From Alphaproteobacteria bacterium (GTDB taxonomy: Bacteria; Pseudomonadota; Alphaproteobacteria; UBA2966), in contig OZ219856.1 of the NCBI GenBank assembly GCA_964291395.2, positions 1,824,001 to 1,888,000 on the forward strand: a stretch of 64,000 nucleotides of DNA. The letters run 5' to 3'. This document shows positions 1 to 10,490 of this stretch, one piece after another (the stretch's first letter is position 1; each line of letters starts with the position of its first letter). A program made the translations under genes and the position numbers. The notes beneath the pieces are model-generated. The model saw nothing but the letters and a program-made list of their open reading frames with translations, ran no database searches and was not told where the DNA came from.

Positions 1-29
1 GCCCTGCACGCGAGTATCTTCCTGCGCGA

Positions 30-1079
30 CTATTTCATGGACTTGATGCTAGACAGCGGCGGGTGATCGCCGTCCGCGATCTCCGTCTGGGCGCGTGTCA
101 AGTAGCTCATATCGACGAGCGATGCCACGTCCACCTTCTTGTCCATGAGCTTGTGCTCGACTTGGAAGTCCATCACCGCCTGGGCGTCTCTCACGTCCCG
201 TTCCGAGATCGTCAGATCGATGATCTTGATGTCTTCAATCGACGCCTTGAGCCAGCGGTCGTTGTTCATGGACACATCAAGCAAGTCGGCCGGCAGTCGC
301 GAGGTCTCGGCGAACCACTCCATGGCTTCCGTCCTGTTGTTGGAGACCCACCAGTACGCCATTATCCAGGACTTAAGAAATCGCACCACGCCGTCCTCGC
401 CGTACGTGTCGATGAATTCCTGGGAGATACCCTGCCAGCCTTGGCCCTCGCCCGGCTTGGACAGATATATCGGCACGCCGATCTTCGATCGGCGCAGCTT
501 TTCCATCACGGGATCCCAGGTGACAATTGCATCAACCGCCGCGCTCTGAAGCGACGGGACCTGTTCCGCGACGTCGAGATTGATGATGGTGATCTCCTTG
601 AAGGGCTCCTTGACACCAGCCTGGACCAGCTTGCGGACCGTCCTCGGAAACACGGTGGTTCCAAAGGGACCCCCGAGCTTGAGACCACGTAGATCGCCGA
701 GGGACTTGCCGTCGTGCTTCGGCAGAGCGACGACGCCCCAACGCCAATCGTGGGTGCGGTGAAGCACCTTGCCCGGTTTTCGCGCTAGGCCACGCAGCAC
801 CGGCGCGTCGGCGCCGATCACCGTATCGATCTTTCCGGCGACGTAGCCCTCGCCGAGCGGCCCGCCGTAAGTGAAGGTCGCGAAGTCGGCTTCGATTCCG
901 TTGAGTTCCAGAATGTTGGTGTGACGCAGGGTTTCGTATAGTTCGCCCACGGTTGCCCACAACGATTGGTAGCCGATCGTCATCTTTACCTTTTCGGCCG
1001 TCGCCGGGCCGCTGAAGCCCAGCATCACCAGGCCGAGCAACGCCCCGCCGGTGATCTTGCATAACCGTCTGCTAGTCAT
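30..1079 (-). CDS. ABC transporter substrate-binding protein, nitrate/sulfonate/taurine (SsuA/TauA-like) family
   Basis: N-terminal signal peptide (..SGPATA-EK); 'AIVTWDP' motif; last gene of an ATPase-permease-SBP operon. Confidence 0.85.
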   Translation of the reverse strand: MTSRRLCKITGGALLGLVMLGFSGPATAEKVKMTIGYQSLWATVGELYETLRHTNILELNGIEADFATFTYGGPLGEGYVAGKIDTVIGADAPVLRGLARKPGKVLHRTHDWRWGVVALPKHDGKSLGDLRGLKLGGPFGTTVFPRTVRKLVQAGVKEPFKEITIINLDVAEQVPSLQSAAVDAIVTWDPVMEKLRRSKIGVPIYLSKPGEGQGWQGISQEFIDTYGEDGVVRFLKSWIMAYWWVSNNRTEAMEWFAETSRLPADLLDVSMNNDRWLKASIEDIKIIDLTISERDVRDAQAVMDFQVEHKLMDKKVDVASLVDMSYLTRAQTEIADGDHPPLSSIKSMK

Positions 1080-1134
1080 CTCCGTCCTCCTTGGCGATTG
1101 TCGTCGCGCCCGCAGTCACGGACGCCCGTCGGGC

Positions 1135-1992
1135 TCATGCCCGCCACGGCGTGAGCCTTTGCTCCAGTCGAAGCATTAGATAGTTCATGGTAAAGCCGAT
1201 GATGCCAATGACGACCATACCTCCGATCACCCGCTCCGTCTCAATCAGAACCCGGGCAAGCTGAATCATGTAGCCGAGTCCCGACTGCGCCGCGATCATT
1301 TCCGCGGCGATAACGCACATCCACCCGACACCTAAGCCGATGCGCATACCGGTCAGGATGAACGGCAGCGCCGATGGAACGAGAACCTCCTTGATGAATA
1401 ACCAGCGTCCCGCACCCAGGCATTCGGCCGCCTGGAGATGGATGGTCTCTACCGAACGCATGCCCACATAGGTGTTGGTGAAGATTGGGAAAAAGGCTCC
1501 GAGAAATATGATGAACCATGCGGGTTTGTCTCCGAGGCCGAACCAGAGAATGGCAAGGGGGATCCAGGCGATGACCGAAATCGGACGCAGAAGATCCACG
1601 ATCGGCATGAAGTACTCGGCCAAGCGATCGGATCTGGCAAGGATCACGGCGATAGTCATGGAGATCGCCGACGCGATCAGGAAACCCATCGTCACGCGGA
1701 TCACGCTGGCCTGAATGTCCGCCCAAAGCACCCCAAGCTGAGCCAGATGAACGATCGCGGCAAAGACGCTGGACGGGGCTGGGAACAGGTTGATGTTGAT
1801 GAGTCCGATCCGGGAGGCGGCCTCCCAGAGAAAGACGATGCCAAAGGCCAGACCGAACTTCCGCATGCCCATGAGCGCTGCCAGCACCCACCCGACAACA
1901 AGGCGCCTCTCCATCGCGCCGGCGGGTTTGTCCGCGGGGGCTTTTTCGGCACGTTCGTCGCGCCGCGAAAGGGTCTCTCCTTTAGTCGTCAT
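1135..1992 (-). CDS. ABC transporter permease (SsuC/TauC-like)
   Basis: Hydrophobic; 'LRPISVIAWIPLAILWFG'; EAA-like loop 'QAAECLGAG'; 'IAAEMIAAQSGLG'. Confidence 0.92.
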   Translation of the reverse strand: MTTKGETLSRRDERAEKAPADKPAGAMERRLVVGWVLAALMGMRKFGLAFGIVFLWEAASRIGLININLFPAPSSVFAAIVHLAQLGVLWADIQASVIRVTMGFLIASAISMTIAVILARSDRLAEYFMPIVDLLRPISVIAWIPLAILWFGLGDKPAWFIIFLGAFFPIFTNTYVGMRSVETIHLQAAECLGAGRWLFIKEVLVPSALPFILTGMRIGLGVGWMCVIAAEMIAAQSGLGYMIQLARVLIETERVIGGMVVIGIIGFTMNYLMLRLEQRLTPWRA

Positions 1993-1998
1993 GCAAGT

Positions 1999-2784
1999 TC
2001 ATTCCTGGATCGCGCTTTGCGCTTCCACGCGCAGCAAATGCGAAAGATGCTCTCTGTATTCAAGGAAAAGCTTATCGGTGTTGCGCATTTCCGGGTCCCG
2101 TGGACGTGGTAGATCGATCTTGACGATCTCCTTGACCCGACCTGGACGAGCGGTCATCACGAGTACCTGATCGCCGAGAAAGATCGCTTCGTCTATGTTG
2201 TGGGTAATGAGGATGAAGGTTTTGTGCTCAGTCTCGCCCCAGATCCGGAGGATCTCCTCCTGCATGAGATCCCGGGTCAAGGAGTCGAGCGCGCCGAAAG
2301 GCTCATCCATGAGCACAACGTCCGGGTCAGGCGCCAATGCCCGGGCCACGCCTACCCGCTGCTTCATACCGCCCGAAATCTGATTCGGAAATTTGTTTTC
2401 AAATCCGTCCAGGCGAACCAGATCGACGTATTTCCGAACGAGTGCCCGGCGCTCCTCCACCGGCAGTCCCTTGGCCTTCAGCCCGAACTCGATATTCTGG
2501 CCAACCGTCTGCCAGGGAAACAATCCATACTCCTGAAATATGACGATGCGATCAGGGCCCGCTTTTTCGATGACCCGACCCCCGTACAGGGCCTTGCCCG
2601 CAGTCGGTTCGGTGAAGCCGCCGATGATGTGAAGCAGGGTAGTCTTGCCACATCCGGATGGGCCGATGATACAGAAGAACTCACCCCTTTCGATGTCGAA
2701 CGTTACATCATTCAACGCGACGACGCGCGAATCGGACTCACCGCCGAAAACCTTGTGGACGCCGTCTATTCGAATGGACTCCAA
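1999..2784 (-). CDS. ABC transporter ATP-binding protein (SsuB/TauB-like)
   Basis: Walker A GPSGCGKT, signature ISGGMKQR, Walker B LMDEPF, H-loop ITH. Confidence 0.95.
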   Translation of the reverse strand: MESIRIDGVHKVFGGESDSRVVALNDVTFDIERGEFFCIIGPSGCGKTTLLHIIGGFTEPTAGKALYGGRVIEKAGPDRIVIFQEYGLFPWQTVGQNIEFGLKAKGLPVEERRALVRKYVDLVRLDGFENKFPNQISGGMKQRVGVARALAPDPDVVLMDEPFGALDSLTRDLMQEEILRIWGETEHKTFILITHNIDEAIFLGDQVLVMTARPGRVKEIVKIDLPRPRDPEMRNTDKLFLEYREHLSHLLRVEAQSAIQE

Positions 2785-2983
2785 GCGCTCCTCCGTGGGG
2801 GACGCCCATATCCGTCAACCCGGCGCGGGCTCCACTTCGGGTAACCCGTCGAGTTTCGCCAAGCTTCCCGCCATCCCCGCCCAATGGCGTGGGACACATC
2901 ATTAGTCCAAGCGCGTCGGAGTTCAATATACCAGCGCGGCCCAGACCATGCCAGGGCAGGAAGCGGCTTCCCCGCTCACAGTA

Positions 2984-4192
2984 TCAAGGCACAATGTCGC
3001 GCGAGAAAGTTCGACCGGCCGGGAGTTGGCTAGGTCTCAACAATTGTCGGCTGATGATCAGCTTCTGAATTTCGGAAGTTCCACCGCCGATTCCGTCGAG
3101 TTTGGCGTCACGATAGTAACGTTCGACGTGGTTTTCCGGGTAGAACCCCGCGCCACCAAAAATCTGCGTTGCGTCGTTGGCCGAAGCCATCGTGGCCTCT
3201 CCCAGATACAATCGCGCGATCGACGCTTCCATCCGCACGGATCTTCCTTGGTCGAGTTTGGATATTGCTTCGGCCATCAGTGCCTCCGCCGCGTTCAGCC
3301 TCAGCTTCATGTCGGCCAGCTTGAATGCGATGGCTTGGTGATGAGTGATAGGACGTCCGAACTGCTCTCGGGCGGCGCCGTAAGCCAAGCAATCCTCCAG
3401 CATGTTTCGGAGGCGACCGAGTCGTCCCGCCCAGACCACGCAGCGGTCCCAATCGAGAGCTGCCATCGCAATGGTCTCGAAGGCGCGGCCCTCCCCCCCC
3501 AGGCGCTGCTCCGCCGGAACGCGGCAATCTTTCAATTCGACGTCAGCCAAAGGGGAGGTCCGAATACAGCTTTTGTCTCGGGCCGGTCCTATGCACAAAC
3601 CTATCGTGTCGCGTTCAACGATGAGCGCGGTGAACGCCCTTATGTTGGCGTTTTCAGGCGCGTCATCGTCCATACGTCCGACGACGATGAAGAAATCCGC
3701 ATCTGGTGCATTGGTGACGAAGGATTTGTTGCCGGAGATGACGTAATCGCTGCCATCACGGCGAATTGACGTCTTCATATTGGCCGCATGGGACCCAGCA
3801 TCCGGCTCTGTCAGGGCAAACGCCGAGACCATGTCACCTTTGGCCATGGCCGGCAGATACCTGGACTGCTGCTCTGGAGATCCGTAATTCACCAGGGCCA
3901 TGCCCACCATGGCGGTATGCACACCCCACGAATTGGCGATCCCCAAATCTTTGGATCCGTAGGCAAACGCATCGACGGCGAGAGCTGTGCGGAGCGCGCT
4001 TTGACCGCCACCTCCAAGGGCGTTTGGAAACGGAAGTCCCAACAATCCGTGGCCAGCCAATTCCCGCCAAAACTCTCGGGGCAGCACGGCGCGGCGGTCC
4101 CAATCCAAAATATGGGGGAGCACCCTCTCACTCGCGAATGCCGCGACGTCCTTCCAGTGCGTTCGGTCCTCGTCGGTCAGATTTGGCCACAT
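2984..4192 (-). CDS. acyl-CoA dehydrogenase family protein
   Basis: 'FALTEPDAGS', 'GNKSFVTN', 'REQFGRPI', 'QIFGGAG', 'GGGTSEIQ'; start placed at ATG 4192 because the longer ORF (4366) overlaps the divergent gene. Confidence 0.9.
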   Translation of the reverse strand: MWPNLTDEDRTHWKDVAAFASERVLPHILDWDRRAVLPREFWRELAGHGLLGLPFPNALGGGGQSALRTALAVDAFAYGSKDLGIANSWGVHTAMVGMALVNYGSPEQQSRYLPAMAKGDMVSAFALTEPDAGSHAANMKTSIRRDGSDYVISGNKSFVTNAPDADFFIVVGRMDDDAPENANIRAFTALIVERDTIGLCIGPARDKSCIRTSPLADVELKDCRVPAEQRLGGEGRAFETIAMAALDWDRCVVWAGRLGRLRNMLEDCLAYGAAREQFGRPITHHQAIAFKLADMKLRLNAAEALMAEAISKLDQGRSVRMEASIARLYLGEATMASANDATQIFGGAGFYPENHVERYYRDAKLDGIGGGTSEIQKLIISRQLLRPSQLPAGRTFSRDIVP

Positions 4193-4359
4193 GCTGTAGA
4201 ACGCTAACGACGACGCTTCGACAGAGTCAATCAACCGCCGAGGTGGCGGTGCCAATATGCCGCTGGTACGAGTGGGCTCCGCCACGTACCTTAACGAAAT
4301 CGGATAAGTGCCATCGGCGGCAAGGGCCACTTCCCCATCGTTCGGAGAAGTCGGGATCG

Positions 4360-5523
4360 ATGACAAACACTATGACCCCCCCCAATCAGTCAACGCTGCT
4401 TTTTTCGCCGATAGATCTTCGTGGCGTGACCCTCCGCAATCGGGTGATGATCTCACCAATGGCCCAATATTCGGCGAATGAGGGCGTTGCCGGCGATTGG
4501 CATGTCGTGCACCTCGGAAAATTTGCACTCGGGGGCGCGGGTCTCGTCTTTACGGAGGCGACCGCAGTTCAGGAACAAGGACGGATCACTTACGGGGATC
4601 TGGGCTTGTACAGAGATGAACACGTTGAACCCTTGCGCCGTGTGACTGCTTTCATCAAGCAGCATAGAGCGGTCCCCGGCGTACAGCTTTGGCACGCGGG
4701 ACGTAAAGCGAGCATTCGCAGGGCTTGGGAAGGGGGTGACCCCCTCGATGACACGGACGCCGCAAAGGGGGAACCGGGGTGGGAGACCGTGGGGCCCAGT
4801 GCCGTCCCGGGAGCACCGGGGGGTGTCGTTCCGAGGGCGATGTCGTTGGAAGAGATCGAACAGTTGAAGCTGGATTGGCGTGCCGCCACAAGACGCGCCC
4901 TCTCGGCAGGATTCGAGGTGGTCGAGGTGCACTGCGCCCACGGTTACCTCCTGCACCAATTCCTCTCGGCCATGAGCAATCGCCGCAACGATGTCTATGG
5001 AGGCGACCTGGAGGGTCGTATGCGGCTGCCCCTCGAAATCGTGGAAATCGTGCGCGAGGTATGGCCAGCGGATCTTCCCGTATTTGTCCGTCTCTCGGCG
5101 TCCGACGAAGGTGACCCGAGTTGGACCATGGATGAAGTGCTGGCGTTGGTATCGGAACTGAGGGCCCGCAGGGTCGACGTCATCGACTGCTCATCGGGAG
5201 GCATTGGAACGGCTGGTGTGGCAATTCGTGGCCGGCGTATACCCGGTTACCAAGTCGGTCTTGCCGAGGAAGTCAGGCGACGCGCCAATGTCATGACCGC
5301 AGGAGTGGGGTTGATCACTAGAGCCAGGCAAGCAGAAGAAATTCTGCAGAACGGACAATGCGATCTGGTGGCCATCGGCCGGGAAGCGCTGCACAACCCG
5401 AATTGGCCCGTGCATGCCGCCATCGAGTTGCAGGCTGACACAGACTTCTCATACTGGCCCGATCAATACGGCTGGTGGCTGGACTACCGGGCGCGAACTG
5501 TCGAGTCGAATGATGCCGGTTAG
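4360..5523 (+). CDS. NADH:flavin oxidoreductase / old yellow enzyme (YqjM/XenA-like)
   Basis: 'LRNRVMISPMAQYSA', 'HAGRKAS', 'HCAHGYLLHQFLS', 'NRRNDVYGG'; start at ATG 4360 or 4372. Confidence 0.92.
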   Translation: MTNTMTPPNQSTLLFSPIDLRGVTLRNRVMISPMAQYSANEGVAGDWHVVHLGKFALGGAGLVFTEATAVQEQGRITYGDLGLYRDEHVEPLRRVTAFIKQHRAVPGVQLWHAGRKASIRRAWEGGDPLDDTDAAKGEPGWETVGPSAVPGAPGGVVPRAMSLEEIEQLKLDWRAATRRALSAGFEVVEVHCAHGYLLHQFLSAMSNRRNDVYGGDLEGRMRLPLEIVEIVREVWPADLPVFVRLSASDEGDPSWTMDEVLALVSELRARRVDVIDCSSGGIGTAGVAIRGRRIPGYQVGLAEEVRRRANVMTAGVGLITRARQAEEILQNGQCDLVAIGREALHNPNWPVHAAIELQADTDFSYWPDQYGWWLDYRARTVESNDAG

Positions 5524-5661
5524 TCTGAAGTTACCCAGATTTTGGAGCATCAGGCCAATGGACGGGTACGGCATTGGCCAAGAGGCTCGGCGGCCTCAGA
5601 CCGGTCCAGCGCACGTCCAGCCGCACTGCTTGGTTTGGGAGCAGTTGTTAAGACCAGGAAG

Positions 5662-6126
5662 TTACCGGCCCATTGCCAAATTTATGGCGTAGAGCGCGTA
5701 GTCGATACATTTTCCAAAATATCCTTCGTCGCGTTCCATCTCCGCCAGCTCGAATTGCTTGTTGGCCTTGGCGCCCGCCTCATCGCTCACCGGAGTCACT
5801 GACGAGTACTCGCTGATCAACCGGTTGCACTCTTCCTTGCGCCGCACCATGTCTTCCTGCTCATTCTTCCTGAACTCCTCCTCCCGCTTCAGCGCTTCTT
5901 CTGCCGCCTTCTTCCTTTCCGCTTCCTCTTTGGACGCATTGAATGCGGCGATCACTGTTTCCATTTCCGCGTCGGATTGCCTACACCGCTCAAGCGCAGC
6001 GACATCGGTAATTCCAGCCGCTTTACACGAAGCCAATCGGTCTTCCGGGCTCTCCCCACACGCAACGACCATAAAGCACAGTGCCGCAACCGATGTGATG
6101 GTGCGGTGAGAGCTCGCCTGCATCAT
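5662..6126 (-). CDS. hypothetical lipoprotein
   Basis: Hydrophobic stretch plus lipobox-like VVA-C; charged coiled-coil; several Cys. Confidence 0.55.
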   Translation of the reverse strand: MMQASSHRTITSVAALCFMVVACGESPEDRLASCKAAGITDVAALERCRQSDAEMETVIAAFNASKEEAERKKAAEEALKREEEFRKNEQEDMVRRKEECNRLISEYSSVTPVSDEAGAKANKQFELAEMERDEGYFGKCIDYALYAINLAMGR

Positions 6127-6285
6127 TTCACGCGTCCCAGGTTCGTCAAATAGGCATGTTGAGCGTTCGTCGCGAAATATCAGGCAAGCGTTCGCGCCGC
6201 CTCAACTCTTCGGGAGCCTAGTTTGCAAAAAAACCTGCGGCACACTCAAAGGGAAAATGAGTCACCCGAATGTGCGGCAATGCGG

Positions 6286-6740
6286 CTATGCCGTCGCCAG
6301 CGGTACCAATGACAGGTTGGGATCAGCTGCCGGAATATAGCTCTCTTCTACACCCAGCTCTCGACGAACGAGGTTCGTCCCACGAACCAATGCGACCATC
6401 TTGTAGAAGGAGTGCATGCGGCTCATCGATTGTCGCCCGAAGCCGCAGTGGCTACTCAGGATCAGCCGTTCGGGCTCGATGTGCTCGAGACAGAGACGGA
6501 TAAGATCCGCGACCTGTTTGGGGGTTTCGATCTGCAGTGTCCGGTGACTGACCACGCCGACGGAGATCTTCTTATCTTTTGAGATCATCGAACCATATCG
6601 CGGGATATCCATGCCGCCGTTCGTCGCTCCCTCGAAGGTGACGACATCGACATCCAGTTGGTCGAGGTAGGGTAGAGCCTTCTCATAGGAGACATCGGCG
6701 GGAAACAGGTTCTGGGCACCGGGGCGCCCCTCTCGGTTCG
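6286..6740 (-). pseudogene. C-terminal fragment of a cobalamin-independent methionine synthase II-like protein
   Basis: 'VGVVSHRTLQIETPKQVA', 'PERLILSSHCGFG', 'YKMVALVRG'; N-terminal two-thirds absent, abuts the acyl-CoA dehydrogenase; 5' boundary approximate. Confidence 0.7.
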
Positions 6741-6811
6741 TTGACAGGCATTCAGCACCCATCAGCTTCCGAGATTCAGTCCCGGATGGACAACCTATTG
6801 AGAGATCACAC

Positions 6812-7969
6812 CTAGCCTTCTCCTCCGTAACTCTCCAGCAGGGAACGCCCGATGATGACGTTGTGGATACCCGTAGTGCCGTCAAGGTACTTGCTCATTT
6901 TGGCACTCGCCAAGTGGCGAACTAGCGGATAATCGGTCCTGAATCCGGCGGCGCCCATCGCCTCCATGCAGGCCGAAATCCCTGTCAACGCCGCTTGCGA
7001 CGCGAATTTCTTGGCGTGCGCCGATTCGAGTATTGCCGCCTCGCCTCTGTCTAGTGCATTGGCGGCTTGGTAGGTCAGGCACCTCGCCGCCTCAAGGTTG
7101 GTGGCGACGTCGGCCAGCTCCCACTGCAGTCCCTGGAAATCGAGCACCGGTTGACGAAAGGCTTTGCGCTTCGAGGCGTAATTCAAAGCAATTCTGAGAC
7201 TTTCGGTGAGAATTCCGCAGCACTTTGCGGCTATGAAGGTCCGCGCTTTGTTGATCCCCGCCAGCGCAGCCTTGAACCCTTCGCCGGGTTTGACCAGAAG
7301 ATTCTCTTCCGGCACGCGGACCTTATCGAAGGTTACGCTGTTTGAGCCCAATGCGTGGCCTCCCATCAGCGGGAAGCTGTCACCTCGCTCGATCCCCGGG
7401 GTGGTACCTTCAACCAGGAAGGCTGCGATGCCGCGCCAGCCTGCGCTGGGATCTGTCTGGGCGTACACACAGAAGATGTTCGCGACCGGGCCATGCACGA
7501 CCCATGCTTTTTCGCCCCTGAGTTCCCACTCCGGTCCGTTCTTCTCGGCTCTCGTGACAATTGCTGCGGCGTCACTGCCAGCATGCGGTTCCGTGAGACA
7601 GAATGCGCCGATACACTCTCCCTTCAGCATCCTCGGGACGAACTTGTCGATTTGGTCGGGCGTCCCGTTTCTGACGATGCCGTTGGCAACGTTATTTTGT
7701 ACCCACAGACCCATCGCGAAGGCCATGCAACCGGAGGCGATCTCTTCGAGGATTTTTGCTGTAGCGACGTGGCTTGCGCCCATTCCACCCAAATTTGTCG
7801 GTATCATCACCGCTGTCAGCCCAAGTTCAGCGGCCATGCGATAGCTTTCTACTGGTACCCGGCGATCGTTCTCCCACTGCGCGGCCAAAGGCGCCACGTG
7901 GTTCCGCGTAAAAGTCTTCGTCTTCTCAAGCAAGCGTTGCTCTCCAGATGTTAGCTGCCGAATTTCCAT
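6812..7969 (-). CDS. acyl-CoA dehydrogenase family protein
   Basis: 'FCLTEPHAGSD', 'GEKAWV', 'RKAFRQPV', 'DGTTGIHN'. Confidence 0.92.
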   Translation of the reverse strand: MEIRQLTSGEQRLLEKTKTFTRNHVAPLAAQWENDRRVPVESYRMAAELGLTAVMIPTNLGGMGASHVATAKILEEIASGCMAFAMGLWVQNNVANGIVRNGTPDQIDKFVPRMLKGECIGAFCLTEPHAGSDAAAIVTRAEKNGPEWELRGEKAWVVHGPVANIFCVYAQTDPSAGWRGIAAFLVEGTTPGIERGDSFPLMGGHALGSNSVTFDKVRVPEENLLVKPGEGFKAALAGINKARTFIAAKCCGILTESLRIALNYASKRKAFRQPVLDFQGLQWELADVATNLEAARCLTYQAANALDRGEAAILESAHAKKFASQAALTGISACMEAMGAAGFRTDYPLVRHLASAKMSKYLDGTTGIHNVIIGRSLLESYGGEG

Positions 7970-8184
7970 TCATCTCTCCATGGGATACAAGCATCCCCGT
8001 TTTCGACGTACTCAATATAGCTGTTTTGATTGAAACACCGGACTCTGAGGTACTTACTTCCCTTGTGTTCGGACTTGCCATTACTACCGTGACAAGGTGC
8101 CTGCATCGTAGTGGCAAACGCTGCAAAGAATGACGAGCTAGTCGGCGGAGGCGAGCGCGTCGACCTCGATCGCCGCGCCGGAGG

Positions 8185-8453
8185 CCGGACCGCCTTCATC
8201 GAGCCGGGTTCACCCTGGGAGAACGGCCACATCGAGAGCTTCAATGCGCGGCTACACGACGAATTCCTGAACGGCGAGGTCTTCTACACCCTGAAGGAAG
8301 CCCGGGTTCTCATCGAATCCTGGCAGCGGCACTACAACGCCGTGCACCCGCACGGTACGGCCACCGGCTCCGGAGACGATCGTCATGCCAGGCTGGCCCA
8401 AAAACCATCAATGCACCAACATTCGAACCGGACCAGTCGCCGGGGGCAGGTCA
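8185..8453 (+). mobile_element. IS3-family remnant: 3' end of transposase (integrase core) plus right terminal IR
   Basis: 'FIEPGSPWENGHIESFNARLHDEFLN...WQRHYN..PH'; ends in ...GGGGGCAGGTCA, a typical IS3-family IRR. Confidence 0.85.
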
Positions 8454-8562
8454 GCGTCAGATTTATCTTAACCAACTGAATCATAACACAAAACGGAACG
8501 TGGCGGTGCCTACTTCATGAAATATCCAGCCTAGGCGCCGGCCCCGGGGTCAGCAGGACGCT

Positions 8563-9459
8563 CTACTGGCCGATGAGTTTCAGCGAACGGAGGACGTCGT
8601 CGATCTTCTGCTTGTGCTCCTCAGACGGCTCATGCGCCGGAATGCGCTGCGTACCGAATTTCCAACCCATGCGGTTCAGCATGTAGACCACGGCATTCGG
8701 GACCGGCTCGATGTGGATGATCCTGAACATCCTGAACATCGGCAGGCATTCCAGCCAGATGGCCTTTGCCTCCTCGTGGTCCCCGGCGTCCCAGGCCGTC
8801 TGGACGGCAACGAGGCGGTCGGGGATGACGTTGGCGGCGAAGGTGAGCACACCGGGCGAGCCCAAGGCGAAGCCAAACAGCATCTGGTCTTCGGCCCCCG
8901 GAATGACCTTGAACTTCCCCGAGAGGCGGCGCACCGCATCCGGGAACTCGTCGAAGGTGGTCTGCTTGAGGCCGACGAAGTTGGGTGTCTCGTCGGTGAT
9001 CCGGTCCATGAGGTCGACGCTCATGTTGATGCCCGCTCGCGAGGGGCAGTTGTAGAGCACCAGCGGCAGCTTGGTCTCCTTGGCGACAGCCCTGAAGTAA
9101 AGGTAGACCCCCTCCTCATCCGGCTTCGTGAAGAAGGGCTGCATCAGGAAAGCCGCATGAGCACCCACATCCTCGGCGATGTTGATCATCTCGATGGCTT
9201 GGCGCGGGTTCGGGTGCGCGACGTAGGCGGTGATGAAGACGCGATCGCCGATCTCCTCGGCGGAGATCTCGAGCAGGCGCCGGTATTCCTCTCGCGTGAT
9301 CTCCATGTACTGGCCCATGCCGGCGCACGGCTGGAGGAAGCGGATGCCGTTGTCCGCCATCCAGGAGATGTGGCGGCGGTATTCCTCCTCGTTGACCGTG
9401 TCGTCGGAGTTCCGGGGCGTCGGATTGACAACGCCGATGCCGCCCAGCTCGTAGTTCAT
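8563..9459 (-). CDS. dihydrodipicolinate synthase / N-acetylneuraminate lyase family aldolase
   Basis: 'LVLYNCPSRAG', Schiff-base Lys in 'VGLKQ'; the canonical GTTGE is replaced by AGMGQ, so probably not true DapA. Confidence 0.85.
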   Translation of the reverse strand: MNYELGGIGVVNPTPRNSDDTVNEEEYRRHISWMADNGIRFLQPCAGMGQYMEITREEYRRLLEISAEEIGDRVFITAYVAHPNPRQAIEMINIAEDVGAHAAFLMQPFFTKPDEEGVYLYFRAVAKETKLPLVLYNCPSRAGINMSVDLMDRITDETPNFVGLKQTTFDEFPDAVRRLSGKFKVIPGAEDQMLFGFALGSPGVLTFAANVIPDRLVAVQTAWDAGDHEEAKAIWLECLPMFRMFRIIHIEPVPNAVVYMLNRMGWKFGTQRIPAHEPSEEHKQKIDDVLRSLKLIGQ

Positions 9460-9614
9460 GGCCCGTCCTTGCCGTGGGGTTGCATTGATTGAATTGCTAC
9501 CCCCAATTCGACGTGGGGACAATCATTGATCGAAGAGATTTACGAGAGCGAAACAAGCCGCCCATGGGCCGGGTGGCATCTGCCGAACCGCCACCCGGCG
9601 TCGCATGAGACCGT

Positions 9615-10409
9615 TCAGGTCAGGAATTTCGTGAAGCCGCCGTCGACGTTCCAGCAGGCTCCGGTCACGAAGCTCGCGCGCTCAGAGGCGAGGAATGCGA
9701 CGACGCCCGCGACCTCGTCCGGCCGTCCGTAGCGCTTGATCAGGAGGAGCTGACCGGCAAGGTTGTCGAAGACCTCGTCGACGCTCTCGCCGACCGTGCC
9801 GACGAAGCTGTCCTCCGCCAAGCGTTCCCACAGTGGGGTGTGGATGAGTGCCGGGTTGACCGCGTTGACCCGGATGCCGTCGCCGGCCAAGTCCTGAGCC
9901 AAGGTCTTGGTCATCGCGAGCATCGCTGCCTTGGCGGAGTTGTAGTCCGCCATGCCGCCGAGCCCGCTGTGTCCGCTCACCGAGGCGACGTTGACGACGG
10001 AGCCGCCGCCCTGCTCGCGAATCAACGGTATCGCAGCTCTCGTCGCCCGTACCGCGCTCCAGAGATTGATGTCGTAAGTCTGCTCCCAGACCTCGTCGGA
10101 ATCCTCGATGGTCCGGCCCACCGCGGCATCGCCGGCATTGTTTACGAGAATGTCCAGACGCCCGAAGTGCGCCGCGGTGTCGTTGACGAAGCGTTCGATG
10201 TCCTCTCGCTTACTCATGTCGGCGACACATGAAAGCACCTCGCCGCCGGCCGCCTCGATCGCCGCCTTGGTCTCGTCGAGCGGCCCCTGCCGCCGCGCGC
10301 AGATCGAAACCTTGGCACCTTCCTGGGCCAACTCCATCGCGATCGCCTGGCCGAGGCCGAGGCTCGAAGCCGTCACTGCGGCAACCTTGTCATTCAATCC
10401 GAGATCCAT
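9615..10409 (-). CDS. short-chain dehydrogenase/reductase (SDR)
   Basis: 'TASSLGLG', 'VNNAG', 'YNSAK', 'NVDGG'; RBS AAGGAAGAG upstream of ATG 10409. Confidence 0.92.
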   Translation of the reverse strand: MDLGLNDKVAAVTASSLGLGQAIAMELAQEGAKVSICARRQGPLDETKAAIEAAGGEVLSCVADMSKREDIERFVNDTAAHFGRLDILVNNAGDAAVGRTIEDSDEVWEQTYDINLWSAVRATRAAIPLIREQGGGSVVNVASVSGHSGLGGMADYNSAKAAMLAMTKTLAQDLAGDGIRVNAVNPALIHTPLWERLAEDSFVGTVGESVDEVFDNLAGQLLLIKRYGRPDEVAGVVAFLASERASFVTGACWNVDGGFTKFLT

Positions 10410-10490
10410 TGTCTCTTCCTTTCTGATCAGATGTCCGTGGGTGGTGCATCGGCGCACGCACCTGAGGCGTCTCGATATAGATCACCCCCT

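Noticed and set aside
8720-8738. 9-bp tandem duplication (MFR-MFR) in the DapA-like gene
   Set aside because: In-frame micro-duplication or artefact with no evident functional meaning.
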